From Octopus sinensis (lineage: Eukaryota), in the NCBI RefSeq assembly GCF_006345805.1, contig NC_043003.1:85498001-85562000 (forward strand): a stretch of 64,000 bases of DNA. The letters are read 5' to 3'. The notes under the pieces were generated by a model, which saw only the letters and a program-made list of their open reading frames with translations, did no database searches and had not been told where the DNA came from. Position numbers and translations under genes: made by a program. Below are positions 12,690 through 24,710 of the stretch, piece by piece; position 1 is the stretch's first letter, and the number at the start of each line of letters is the position of its first letter.

Positions 12690-12830
12690 ACTGTTGTCGA
12701 CTTTGCCTTTCATCCTTTCGGGGTCGATAAATTAAGTACCAGTTACGCACTGGGGTCGATGTAATGGACTTTGTCTGTCCTTGTTTGTCCCCTCTATGTT
12801 TAGCCCCTTGTGGGTAGTAAAGAAATATAT
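12690..12830 (+). mobile_element. tRNA-derived SINE family B, 5'-truncated
   Basis: GTCGACTTTGCCTTTCATCCTTTCGGGGTCGATAAATTAAGTACCAG core shared with 30536-31316. Confidence 0.8.
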
Positions 12831-13038
12831 ATTTTTCGCTGTTTTCCAATGTTTACACGGACGTTTCTTTTTCGCAAAACTATTTGTACTTTTCGTCCTG
12901 TATTTGTCCTTATGTGTTTTTTACTTATATTAGCCCTTGTGGCCAATAAAACCAGAATTTATCATCATCGTCGTCATCATCATCATCACACAATCACGAA
13001 CACTAACTCTATTAGAACAAATTTACAACATAAGTTGA

Positions 13039-13046
13039 TGACGTCA
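13039..13046. promoter_or_regulatory. Palindromic CRE/ATF site in the putative FAM32A promoter
   Basis: ATGACGTCAT about 140 bp upstream of the FAM32A ATG, in a CpG-retaining region. Function is inferred. Confidence 0.45.
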
Positions 13047-13184
13047 TTGTTAATGCACGAAAACGTAGTATACATAATATTATAGTTTCTTCTTAGGAGC
13101 TACGGATCTTTAGAAATCTCTCCTGAATATTCTTTCCCTTCATAGTAAAAAAATCTCTACAAAAACACTAATAAGGAATTTAAA

Positions 13185-13249
13185 ATGTCTGATGTTTACT
13201 CATGTGCCAAAGGATCTCTTAAATTGAAAAAGCATGCGAAAGTAAATAA
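13185..13249 (+). CDS. FAM32A: FAM32A coding exon 1 (MSDVYSCAKGSLKLKKHAKVN-)
   Basis: AAAATG start, KGSLKLK motif (human FAM32A has KGPLKLK), GTAAGT donor at 13250. Phase 2 matches exon 2. Confidence 0.85.
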
Positions 13250-13867
13250 GTAAGTATTTTGTTTGAATACGTTCTTCTGGTGTGGAAAGAAGAAGAATGT
13301 GTTTTTTTGTTGTTTGTTTTTTTCGCACTACCGTATCTTTCATGAGACAGAAACAGTTTTCTCTTTCTCAAATGAAAGGGCAGCAACGAAACGAGATTCC
13401 CCTGCTCTACAGCGTATGCGAACTTGAATGAACTTGTAAACTTCTGTACATTTTGTGTCGACGCGACTGTACAGTTCTTTAATCAAAAGCATTTCACAAC
13501 GATCCGTTCCGTTCTATTTTAACATATACTGCTCGCTGAACCCCATTACTTGATATGTTGCTGGATATGTGCACAGAGCAACGAAACTACTCTGCACATA
13601 CTCGTCCTGTACCCAAACATTGCTGACTTTCGATGTTATGATTGAACACCAGCTGCCACATGTAAAATGGATCTAACTATCCGCGGAGCCCTTTGTAAAG
13701 ACCGTCCAACCACCTTACTTAGGCAAGGAAGGACAGGCGGTGTTTATCCGATGGTGGTTATGGAGAAAGAGGTTGTGTGGTGGACCAGATTGAAAGGGTT
13801 AAAAAGTAAGGTGTGAGTAGAGAGGGAAGTGCTGCTTACTTACAAATTTGTTGAAAGGTGAGAATGG

Positions 13868-14107
13868 CCGGTCCAAAAAGCAAAAAAAAAATTGTGTAAT
13901 AGGTGTAAAACAACTTCCTCTAAACGAATAGGAAAAAAAATGCGCGCACGCGAAAGGGGAGTGGGGGAGAGACCTCGGAAAATTCACATCGAGAATTTCC
14001 GAAAGCGTCTGAGGGGCTGACCCGGGCACCAAAACAAAACAAAAAATAGTGTAATATGTGTAAAACACATATTACACAAATTTTTTGTTTTTTGTTTTTT
14101 TGACCGG
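13868..14107. mobile_element. Short derivative of the 11948-12636 MITE family in FAM32A intron 1
   Basis: Contains one ~135-bp unit in reverse; ends CCGGTC...GACCGG are inverted. Confidence 0.7.
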
Positions 14108-15454
14108 GATTAACGCTTTAGTTTAACCGAATGGTCCCAGTGAACTGGTAAGATCTTTGTATGTACCTGTAGAAAACAACAGGGAGAGGGCACTTCCCTT
14201 ACTGTTCTGGGTGACCATGCTTTTGTGGGATTTCCACGAGTAGTCTTCAAACGTCTTCCATCTTTAGGGAGAATTATTTCTTCTTTGAATTCTTTTTGCT
14301 TTCTAATTGTTTACCTTTTCTCACACTCCTCTACATAATCTCACACTATCGCCCTCTATCATTCCCAATGTTTCTGTCAACCTTTTATGGTTAGTAAAGA
14401 AATTATTATTATGCCGAGGTCGACTTTGTCTTTCATCCTTTCGGAGTCGATAAAATAAGAGTATCCTTTGGAATACCAAGAGCGTCTATTTTTGTTTAGC
14501 GGTAGATCAACCCTGTTGAAATTGGCTTTTGATTAAATTCATATTAAGACAGTAAGGTTGTGACGTGAGGGAGATTTGGTTGCTATTTCTAACAAGTCGA
14601 GCTACCCACGTAAGGTTGTGAATTAGCAGATTCTGAATTTGAATATCTTCATTGTTGACATTACTTTTCATCATTCCAGGGGTGATAAAAAAAAAAAAAG
14701 AACCAGTAGTTAAGCAATTGAGTAAAATAAGTGACTGTTCCCTACTCCTAACATCTATGGTCTTGTTTCTATTATTAAAATTTTTGTCAGGTTTTAAAAT
14801 ATCTAAACGTGGTACATGGTTTCTAATCATGGATAGCCATTTCACATCTTTTGAGTTTCTAATATCATTAAGGAAGGTATGGACCTTTGATTTCAATTAT
14901 AATACAGTAAATTATTATAATTGTATTTTTTGTTGTTTTTGCTTACATATTAGCATATATTCTAACACTTCCCTCTATTATAAATGTGTGCCCTCATACC
15001 TTCGTAACAAAACCCTGATATATGAAATTACATAGTTTGAGAAAAGAGGGTTGTTGAGATTGTTGTGACTGATACTCAACTTGAATGTCAAATGAAAAAG
15101 GAGAGAAAACACAGTGTACTCGGCAACAAGCTTCCAATGACCAGGTGCTCCTACCAAACGAGCTGGTTTGTTATGTTTTGAATGTCTCCTCTGAATTCAA
15201 ATCCAGCTTGTATAGCTGGCCAACTCTTTCTTAAATTACCACCAAAACTACTTCCTGGAAAAGACAAAAACATATTGGACTTGAGTTGGAGAGGAGCTAA
15301 ACAACAGCAACACTGTTTCTTTCAATCTCTTCAGGGGTGAGAAAATAGTTTTTTTAACCGTCACACATTTAGATGGAGGGAATAGTCAATTAAATTGAAC
15401 CCATAACTTGGCCGTGCTTCATCATCTTCGGAAAGACAATTGTAGTTGTTGTTG

Positions 15455-16280
15455 TTACCATTAAGGTGGAGGTAGTTTTCAGTTGTGTTTCTTTGTTTGT
15501 CCGTGGACAAGATATCTCAAGAACCACTGGATGGATTCGGATGACTGGCACGAAATGATTAGATTTGGGGATCGATCCGGTACCAGACATGGATCCTGGA
15601 TTATTTGTTATGATTACGCCCTTACGTTGACTTTCAAGTGATTCTCAATTATCTCCCTTTAGGCTGTTTCCAAAGTTTTATTTTTGTTTTTTCATTATTA
15701 ATTTCTACTATCTTAGTAGAAACTGATGGATAAAGAAATCAAAATACATAAACAAATGGCAGCAAAACCGTTCAGAAATTAAATAGCAATAACATATTTT
15801 TATATTATATATTTTATATATTATATTAACATTTTACAGTATACTTACATATATACATACATCGATCTAAAACAACGGATACTAAAGGAAGGCCAGAATT
15901 TAAGAGAAGACCAAGAAGTCTCACGCTATTCATTTATAAATCCCTGAGTAGAACTTATTATTATTACCTCTGCCTTTGAAACTTTGGCTCGTATTAGATA
16001 AGGATAAACTATTTATTACTGTTACTAAATTTTCTACAGTCACCTTCACATTCCTTAACCACTATTGGGATCGATCAGGTACTGGACAAAGATTCTGGAT
16101 TATTTTTCTGTTTGCTTTTACTTAATTTTTGAGAACAGTTGGGTTCATTTTTAGTATTCTCGTTTGTGAGAGCAGTTGAGTTTATTTCAGATATTCTCAT
16201 TTTAAAAACCATCTCTGGCTAATCGTTGAAAGGATGTTGGTGTTGCCTTGGCAGAGGTTTGCGCTCTCTGAGTGTTCATC
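15455..16280 (+). mobile_element. Helentron/HINE-like non-autonomous repeat, composite and decayed
   Basis: GTTTGTCCGTGGACAAGATATCTC and GGATCC motifs, ATTACCTCTGCC/GGCAGAGGT inverted motif, terminal GCGCTCTCTGAGTG hairpin. Confidence 0.4.
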
Positions 16281-16297
16281 ATTATTATTATCATTAA

Positions 16298-16957
16298 GGC
16301 GACAAGCTGGCAGAATTGTTAGCACGCTGAATGAGATGCTATACGGTATTTCGCCCATCGCTACGTTCTGTGTTCAAATTCTATCAAGGCCGACTTTGCC
16401 TTTCATTATTTCGGGGTCGATAAATTAAATACTAGTTGCATACTAGGGTCGATCTAATAGACTGGCCCTTCTTCCCCAAAATTTCGGGCCTTGTGCTCAT
16501 AGTAGAAAGGATTATTATTATTATTAAGACGGCGATCTGGCAGAATCGTTAGCGTGCTGGACGAAATGCTTAGCAGTATTTCGCCTCTGGCTATGTTCTG
16601 AGTTCAAATTCTGCCAAGGTTGACTTTGCCTTTCATCCTTTCGGAATCGATTAAATAAGTATAAGTTACACACTGGGGTCAATTCAATCTACTTTTCTCC
16701 TCCCCCAAAAATTGTGGCAAAATTTGGAACCATTATTATTATTTAAAGGCAGTGAGCTGGTAGAATTGTTAGCATGCCAGGCAAAATGCTTAGCGGTATT
16801 TGATTTGCCACTACGCTCTGAGTTCAAATTTCGCTGGGATCGACTTTACTTGTCATCCTTTCAGGGTTTATTAAGTAAGTACCAGTTACACACTGGGGTT
16901 GATGTAATCAAATTTGAGGCCTTGTGCATCCAGTAGATAGGATTATTATTATTATTA
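16298..16957 (+). mobile_element. Three head-to-tail SINE family B copies
   Basis: Heads at ~16298, ~16528 and ~16748 (GCTGGCAGAA..GTTAGC, GTTCAAATT), each followed by an (ATT)n tail. Confidence 0.85.
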
Positions 16958-16974
16958 CTATTTGTTTTTAATAG

Positions 16975-17122
16975 GAAAAGTTCTGGATCCAAATCAAAAA
17001 AATTGAAGAAATCACTGGAAAAAGTTTCCAGTGACTCAGAAGTTCTGGATCCTTCTCTTCGAAAAGTTGTTGAAAAACAGACAAATGCTGAATTAGCTTT
17101 TGAAAAAGCTCGTGACAAAAGG
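16975..17122 (+). CDS. FAM32A: FAM32A coding exon 2 (-KKSSGSKSKK...TNAELAFEKARDKR)
   Basis: TTTTTAATAG acceptor, GTAAGT donor at 17123, Lys-rich. TNAELAFEK resembles human TPAQAAFEK. Confidence 0.9.
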
Positions 17123-17223
17123 GTAAGTATATGATTTCTAAATATACTATTTACACCTTACCTTCTCTCTCTTTCATACACACATAATGTTTACTTTTAT
17201 GTCAGTTCGAGTCTGTAGGAGAA

Positions 17224-17560
17224 TTCATCATCATCATCATTGTTTAACATTCGCCTTCTATGCTAGCATGAGTGGGACGGTTTAACAGGAGCCCATCAGG
17301 CAGAAGCTTGCACCAGACTTCTGTGACCGTTTTGGCAGGATTTTTATAGCTGGATGCCCTTCCTAACATCAACCACCCAGCAGAGTGGACTTAGTACTTT
17401 TTACATGGCACAAGCACAGGCAAGGTCAGTTTTGGCATGGTTTTTACAGATGGATGCCCTTCCAAATGGAATGAAGACAGAAATAGGTGTGCTGCGACAA
17501 AGGAGATACATGGTTACCCGACTTGAGGGAAGTGCAAGAGAAGGAGAGAGCATGTGAGAG
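17224..17560 (-). mobile_element. (GAT)n-tailed retroposon, second RTE-tail-type family
   Basis: (CAT)n plus GGATGCCCTTCCTAAC motif. Relatives at ~25020-25220 and ~44980-45400. Confidence 0.6.
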
Positions 17561-17828
17561 ACAGCAGGATAAAGATAGTAGCAAAGTATTGAGCATACTC
17601 ACAAAGGTATGAGATCAGAATATAAATAAGATGGTCAAGTAAAGGCAGAGGGAGATATAGATAATAGCAAGTGCCAGGGCATACCCTTGAGGTTCAAAGG
17701 TCATAATATAAGTTGCAGGATATTGCCAAAGAAGCATGATTAGAAGACTGGAGAGGGGAAGTGAGTGGTGAAAACCTACATATATATGTATGTATATATA
17801 TATATATATAGTGTGTGTGGGGCCACCA

Positions 17829-18166
17829 GATAGCAATGATACAGAGAAATGGCCATGAGAACAGAACTGGGGAGTGAGAGGCTGGCATAGTGCACGAAGG
17901 AGGAAATGTGAGGAAGAGATATAGATTGATTTGTTGGGGTAGGGTGTGTGCAAAGTTTTCTTGTTACATGTGGGTGGAACACACCGGTCAGGGACTAGTA
18001 GATAGCAATGATACAGTGAGACAGGGCCAAGAGAGCAAGGATCGGGGAGTGGGAGGTAAGCATAGTGCATGAATTGAGAATGTGATGGAGAGAGGAGATG
18101 TAGTTTGGTTTGTTGTGGTAGGGTGTGTGAGAAATTTTCTTGTTATGCGTGGGTGGGGTACACAGC
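17829..18166. repeat. Diverged ~170-bp purine-rich tandem duplication
   Basis: Units start GATAGCAATGATACAG at 17829 and 18001. Confidence 0.75.
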
Positions 18167-18229
18167 ACTTCTAGAACTCAGTTTCATTGACATGGGCAGG
18201 TCTTCTCAAGAATTAGAACGGAAATTCCA

Positions 18230-19210
18230 GGCATTGAAGCTAAAGCTAGAATCAAGAGGTCTTAGGTAAACTTAGCAAGAAAAAAGGTTTTAGTAACTGG
18301 GAAAGTAGAAAGGGCCCTGGTATGCTTCAGAGAAATGGCCTTGCTCAATACACAGAAGGGAGTGGGTATAAATTCCATACAATGGATACAAGATATAGGT
18401 ATAAACTATATCGTATGAGTATAAACTCATTGGTTATGCACATTGTGTGGTATAAAGTCCATACAATGGTCACAAGGTATAGCAGGATCATAGGCAAACT
18501 AGCAGAGAATATATCATCATATGTAATAATGCACTGAAGCAATACATTCCATGCACCAGTCTATATACACTGGAAACAGACTCCCTTGAAAGCCTGGGTG
18601 GCTCACGAGTAGTAGTTGATAGCTTTTGTTACCTAGGAGATGTAATCATTAAGGGAGGTGGTTGATCCAAAACTACAGCTGCCAGAGTAAGAAGAGATTG
18701 GAAAAAGTTCAGCGAGCTACTATTGTTGTTGGCAACAAAGGTCTTTTTCCGCAGAGCAAAAGGCAGATTGTATGATGCTTATGTTAGAACTGCAATACTG
18801 CACAGTAGTGAGACATGAGCCTTAAATGTAGAGGATATGAGAAAACTGGAAAGAAATTATGCTAGTGTGCTCCTATGGATATGCAATGTAAGAGTACACA
18901 ATATAGTATAAATGTGCTGAGAGAAAAACTGGACATACGAGGAATCAGATGTAGTGTACAACAAAAAAAAAAATGGAATGGTATGAACATGTGATGTGTA
19001 TGGATGAGGACAGTTGTATAAAGACATGCCGATCTTTAAATATGGCTGGAGTTTGTGGATGAAGGAGACCTAGAAAGGCATGAGACAAAGTGGTGAAGGC
19101 TGACTTCGTGACACTGAGCCTCACAAAGAAAATGATAAATGATGGAAGTGGTATGAAATTCTTGAGAAAACCTGTCCATTGCAACAAGACTGACTTCTGA
19201 AAGCACTGTG
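18230..19210 (+). mobile_element. Old RTE LINE RT C-terminal fragment
   Basis: KLESRGLR, FCYLGDVI, ARVRRDWKKFSELL, RLYDAYVRTAILHSSET and GRPRKA-like remnants with stops and frameshifts. Confidence 0.7.
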
Positions 19211-20009
19211 TGTATATATTATATATGTGTGTGCACAAATGGATACCTCACTTAATCAACCTCTTTCACATCTCTCCCACTGCAGCTCTTCTGCCCCACA
19301 CCCCCACCCGACTACATTACTTTCTTGTTAGCCATTCTTCATCCACTGATATTGTTCTCTACACCCACCTGCTATAGTGGTCATCCCATCCCTCTCCCTT
19401 CTCCCACTAAATTATATCTCCTTATGCATTATGTTGTCTTTCTTTCTCTCCCTCTGTTGTCTTCCTCCTATGAACTGTATCATCATTAATTACCATCCTG
19501 TTGCTAGCATCCCTATACTTTTCCTACTACTAACCATCTCCCACTCCCATGACCATCACTCCCTCCATCCACCCTTCGATGCTACCTAATCTTTACAGAT
19601 ATTGCCTACCTCCCTTCTCTCTTGCCTCCCCCCATACACTTGCAAACCTCCGCGCACGCACACACACTCACTACAGCAAGAAAGAAATGTGGTTTTGGGT
19701 GGGTAGATGGAAGAGATGTGAAGGCAATTGATTGAAATGCCCATTATATATACAGGATGCGATGGGTAAATTGTTGCCATTTTATATTTTTAATTTCAAA
19801 CATGTACATTGTTTATTTTTGATTTTGTTGACTACACAGTATAGTAGGGTCTGTTGGGCACCATCGGTAAGAAAAACAGCACTATGATGTAATTCACTCT
19901 GCCAGATATTTGGAAATGACATGCTGTACTGCTTGGCATTTGTGCCAGAAGCTCCAGTACAAACATTTCAATCTGAGGACATATACCGAGAGTGATAAAA
20001 ATCAAAACA

Positions 20010-20599
20010 TCCAACTAACATCATGGGGTTTGAAGTGATCGCTAGTGTTGGTGATGTTATGCCTCCATTCATCTTCTCATGCTACCTGAGACTCAACACT
20101 GAGGCCTACATCAAGTGCCTGGAGGAGTAGTGCTGTCCTGGATCAAGAGGGTGGCTGCTGGAAGACCCTATGTCTAGCAACAGGACTCTACACCATGCCA
20201 CACAAGCAGGAGAACCCAGTCATGGCTGTCAGACAATTTCTGCAACCACATCAGTCCTAACATCTGACCACCTAACTCCCCAGACTGTAACCCCCTTGAT
20301 TATTATGTGTGGGATGCAGATAAGCAAGAGACTAACAAAACTCCTTGTAACATCAAAGATAACTGAAGGCAAAGATTATGGCAGCATTCACCAATTTAAA
20401 AAAGGAGACTATCCAGATGAGATGCAGGAGATTCCAAGGACGTCTGGAAGCTGAGGTTGAAGCTAATTGTGATTTTATTGAATAAATTTACTCTTTAATA
20501 TTTCAAGATATTTTTATGTAATTTTGGTAAATATATCTATTACAATGAGATGTAATTTTCATTTTTGCATAATTTAGACAATTTATTCATCACACCTTG
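20010..20599 (+). mobile_element. maT/DD37D Tc1-mariner transposase remnant, 3' half
   Basis: Manual translation QQDSTPCH...PPNSPDCNPLDYYVW with 37 residues between the last two Asp. Ends ...CACACCTTG followed by TA. Confidence 0.8.
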
Positions 20600-20674
20600 T
20601 ATATATATAAATATCATCCAACCCATGCTAGCATGGAAAACGGACGCTAAACGATGATAATGATGATGATGATG

Positions 20675-21425
20675 ATCATCATCATCATCATTTAACGTCC
20701 GTTTTCCATGCTAGCATGGGTTGGATGGTTCGACTGGTGTCTGGGAAGACAGGAGGCTGCACCAGGCTCCAGTCTGATCTGGCAGTGTTTCTACAACTGG
20801 ATACCCTTCCTAATGCCAACCACTCCATGAGTGTAGTGGGTGCTTTTTACGTACCACTGGCACTGGGATCACAACTGCAATTTCCATTTGATTTTCATTT
20901 TGATTTTGATATACTTGACTCAATAGGTCTCCTCGAGCACAGCATGTTGCCATATGATCCAAGGTACTTTTGAATGGGCTGCAGCTGGTTATGCGAAACT
21001 GGTGTAGGATACAGCCATGAACTCACTTCATTTGCCAGGCCTTCATAGTCAAAGCATATCTCTAGAGGTCATGGTCTTTTGTCATTGCCTCTGTAAGGCC
21101 CAACGTTCAAAGGTCATGCTTCATTACCTCATCCCATGTCTTCCTGGGTCTATCTCTACCCCAAATTCCTTCAACTGTTTGGAAGTGGCACTTCTTCACA
21201 CAGCTCTCTTCATCCATCCATAGTACATGACCACACCAGCGCAAACGTCTCTCTTGCAAACCACATCCGATGCTTCTTATGTTCAACATTTCTCTCTGGG
21301 CACTTACACTCTGTTGTGTGTGCACACTGACATTACACATCCAGCAGATCATGCTAGCTTCATTTCTTTCGAGCCTAATGATGTCCTCAGCAGTCACAGC
21401 CAATGTTTCACTGCCGTGAAGCATG
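20675..21425 (-). mobile_element. RTE LINE 3' fragment
   Basis: ORF 21107-21424 (MLHGSET...RRLRWCGHV...GRDRPRKTW) plus 3' UTR and (GAT)n. Confidence 0.85.
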
Positions 21426-21429
21426 GCAA

Positions 21430-21670
21430 TTCACACACATACATCATACAATCTATTATTTGATCCAGTTAGCTTCAGTATACTTCGGCCATGATTGATG
21501 AGCCAGGTTTAATGAAATCATAATGGATTACACCTGCGTCAGACCACCAAACACACACCATCAGCTTCTTTTGATGAATTTTGCTTTTTGGACTGTGTCT
21601 TGGTGGCTCATCATTGTGCTGAATATTTACGGTTGTTCTATTGGATCCATTTCTCATCACGTTACAATTT
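21430..21670 (-). mobile_element. mariner transposase fragment
   Basis: DEPPRHSPKSKIHQKKLMVCVWWSDAGVIHYDFIKPG. Confidence 0.85.
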
Positions 21671-22014
21671 GATTCAAAAATGACTCATTTCCAAAAAAAG
21701 AACTCATATTTCAAAACTGTACGAATTTCCAACTTATCCATCTCTAAACAAGAATAGCAAAAGATGATTTATAAATTCTTTATAAAGTGCAAAATGAGTT
21801 AGAATAAAGAAATAGATGTGTCAGCTTTCTAACAAAAAAATAAAGATTGTCAAAATATAATCATGGTGCAAAATGAGCAGCTGACAAATTTCATACTTGA
21901 CGACCTAATATGTGTACACACACACACATACATTCAAACTTTATGTTAACCATGTTTCTGCTCTTTTCATTATCTGCTGTTTGTATTTATTTTGTTTTGT
22001 TTTTACTTTTATAG

Positions 22015-22068
22015 TTAGTTGAACAGATTATGGAACGTGCCTCCAAGTCACACAAGGAACGAATTATG
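22015..22068 (+). CDS. FAM32A: FAM32A coding exon 3 (LVEQIMERASKSHKERIM)
   Basis: Long polypyrimidine tract plus ATAG acceptor, GT donor at 22069. ASKSHKER resembles human ASKTHKQR. Phase 0/0. Confidence 0.9.
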
Positions 22069-22321
22069 GTAACATTCTCCTTTAATTTAGTTCTAGTTCA
22101 TTATAATTATCATTGTCACCATCTATCATTGTGTTCATCATCTATCACTTGTCATTGTTGTCATCATCACTAGCATGATCTTTCATTATCACTAATGTCC
22201 ATATGGACATCAAGAAACCAATGAGAAGGTCTCTCTGATGCTGTTCAACTTGCTAGAAATAGCAGCAAAATCCCCCTCATCCTTTTCCTTCAAATCAGAA
22301 CAGTAAAGACATTGAATAATG

Positions 22322-22600
22322 TCTTAGTCTTAGTTCCTCTGGCTCCTCATGGAGTGTTGAGTGATGAGAAATCTCTGCCCAGCTCAGTTGCAAGCCCTGT
22401 CATGAGCCTGCTCCCTGGCCAGGTTCATGTCTATGAAGACTTCCTTCACTGTCCTCAGTCAGGCTTTAGGTCTGCCTTCTATGCCTCCACTATAGCTTCT
22501 ACTCATGAGAGGTTCCCATTGGACTCTATGTGTTTCATGTGGCCAAGCATCTTCATTGTGAAGATATCTGTAGGTTATTCGACCCAGCCCTTTCCATGAC
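22322..22600 (-). mobile_element. RTE-type LINE 3' fragment, different family
   Basis: LGHMKH...GRP...AHDR remnants and a (CTAAGA)n tail. Confidence 0.5.
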
Positions 22601-22679
22601 TTTTTCCATTTGTGATATAATTACACCAAGAAAGTCTTAGTATGGTTTTAAGTCAATATCTATGGCAGTTTCGGGTGTC

Positions 22680-22870
22680 ATCATCATCATCATCGTTTAA
22701 CGTCCGTTTTCCATGCTAGCATGGGTTGGATGGTTCAACTGGGGTCTGGGAAGCCAGAAGGCTGCGCCAGGCCCAGTCTGATCTGGCAATGTTTCTACAA
22801 CTGGATGCCCTTCCTAATGCCAACCACTCCGTGAGTGTAGTGGGTGCTTTTTACGTGCCACCTGCACAGG
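22680..22870 (-). mobile_element. RTE-derived tail
   Basis: Reverse complement of the 700-939 sequence. Confidence 0.85.
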
Positions 22871-23454
22871 GTGTATTGTCTGAAAATTAAGTCATTTCTA
22901 CCATCACCAGATGTTGTCAGTTTAGTTACTGATGGTCCATCTGTGCAACAGGTTGTACTGGGTTACATGTTACTAGTGCCACTGAAGAGCAACCTAACAG
23001 AATACATACACACATTATATTAGTGAATGTAGTCTTTGTGCGAGTCAAATATGTCCCAAACATATATGACTTGTACAAGGATTGTATACACTACTGCATG
23101 CACATTTCAAGATGCCTTCTTGTAGAAGCAATGAATGCATTTCAAGCTTCTTGCCTATTATCAGACTGTGTACGTTTTGCCTTAAGTGGGAATTTTCAAT
23201 GGCAATAATTTTAAACATTCTTATTTGCAAAAATGTTGTTTAATGCTTCTTAACATTCTTTTGTCTTATTATTTACCCCTAATTAAATATGATGGCTCAA
23301 ACAAATGTGAACAAATTGTAGCATTGAAAATGGCTGGTATAAAGAATTGTGAGGTGATAAAACAGTTGCATTAAGGGTTATGGTGAAAGCAAGGGTTGGC
23401 CATTTTGAATTGTAAATATGTGTAAAATACTGTCAATAAATATAACAACCAACT

Positions 23455-23816
23455 TACTCTTTTACTTGTTTCAGTCATTTGACTGCGGCCATGCTGGAGC
23501 ACCGCCTTTAGTCGAGCAAATCAACCCCAGGACTTATTCTTTGTAAGCCCAGCACTTATTCTATCGGTCTCTTTTGCCAAACTGCTAAGTGATGGGGACG
23601 TAAACACACCAGCATCGGTTGTCAAGCAATGCTAGGGGGACAAACACATACACACATATACATATATACGACAGGCTTCTTTCAGTTTCCGTCTACCAAA
23701 TCCACTCACAAGGCATTGGTCAGCCCGGGGCTATAGCAGAAGACACTTGCCCAAGATGCCACGCAGTGGGACTGAACCCGGAACCATGTGGTTGGTTAGC
23801 ACACAGCCACTCCTGT
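23455..23816 (-). mobile_element. SINE family A
   Basis: Near full-length. Confidence 0.85.
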
Positions 23817-24641
23817 AAATTTTCATTAACCTAAATGTAAAACTTTTTATTTTATGATGAAATAAATAATGGGTAATATATGCTACACTCAGAGTGTTTG
23901 TGTGTGTGTACATACCTTCAAGCATACATACATATACACACATACATCACTTTTCCATGCTTTGCTTAGTCAAACAGAATTTCTGGAGGTAGATTTTCTC
24001 CAGCCAAATAACCCTCTTACTTAACCTCCATTATTTACTTGCAATATATTTTCCCCATAGCTGGCATGTTTTCATGGAAGACTTGAACAAACAATCTTGT
24101 CTACACACACACACACATATTTATATGTGTATGTGACACTTCTTTCAGTTTCTATCAACCAAATCCACTCACAAGGCTTTGGTTAGTCCAGTTCTATGGT
24201 AGAAAACACTTAAACAAGATGCTACACTATGAGACTGACCTATGAACACATGATTATGAAGCAAGCTTCTTAACCACACACACACATAAATGGTGTGCTT
24301 CTTTTAGTTTTCACCTCCCAAATCCATTCACCAGTCTTCATTATAGTAGGAGACACTTGCTCAAGTTGCCACACTTAGTACTGGGCTCAAAACCACATAT
24401 TTGGGGAGTGAACATCTTAATCACAGTGCCATAACTACACCTTTTAGTGTAATTCAATATAAGTTAAATATCTATAAACTTTTAAAATATAAGACATATT
24501 ATTTCTTTTAACATTGATGTCTCCCCATAGATTCATTCTTATGTGCTTGCAGCTTGCCCCTTGTATTAGTAAGGTTCCTCACTATGGCTTTATATGTAAA
24601 ATTTGAAGCATTTCTTGATTTTATTTCATTCTGTTTTGCAG

Positions 24642-24710
24642 GATTTCAACCGGCACTTGGACACTCTCACTGAACACTTTGACATTCCCAAAGTCAGCTG
24701 GACAAAATGA
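24642..24710 (+). CDS. FAM32A: FAM32A terminal coding exon (DFNRHLDTLTEHFDIPKVSWTK*)
   Basis: TTTTGCAG acceptor. Near-identical to the human C-terminus as recalled (DFNRHLDTLTEHYDIPKVSWTK). The spliced product is 111 aa. Confidence 0.95.
   Translation, partial: DFNRHLDTLTEHFDIPKVSWTK

Noticed and set aside
14507-15035. Overlapping 129-aa and 127-aa ORFs in FAM32A intron 1
   Set aside because: No recognisable motif, a poly-T/A run inside, AT-rich; cannot be supported as genes.
15150-15260. Exon-like minus-strand segment (GSSFGGNLRKSWPAIQAGFEF...)
   Set aside because: Acceptor present but weak donor, no partner exons and no recognised homology.
16978-17052. 13-nt repeat AAGTTCTGGATCC twice in FAM32A exon 2
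   Set aside because: Read in different frames and short; most likely an old slippage event or chance, with no evidence of function.
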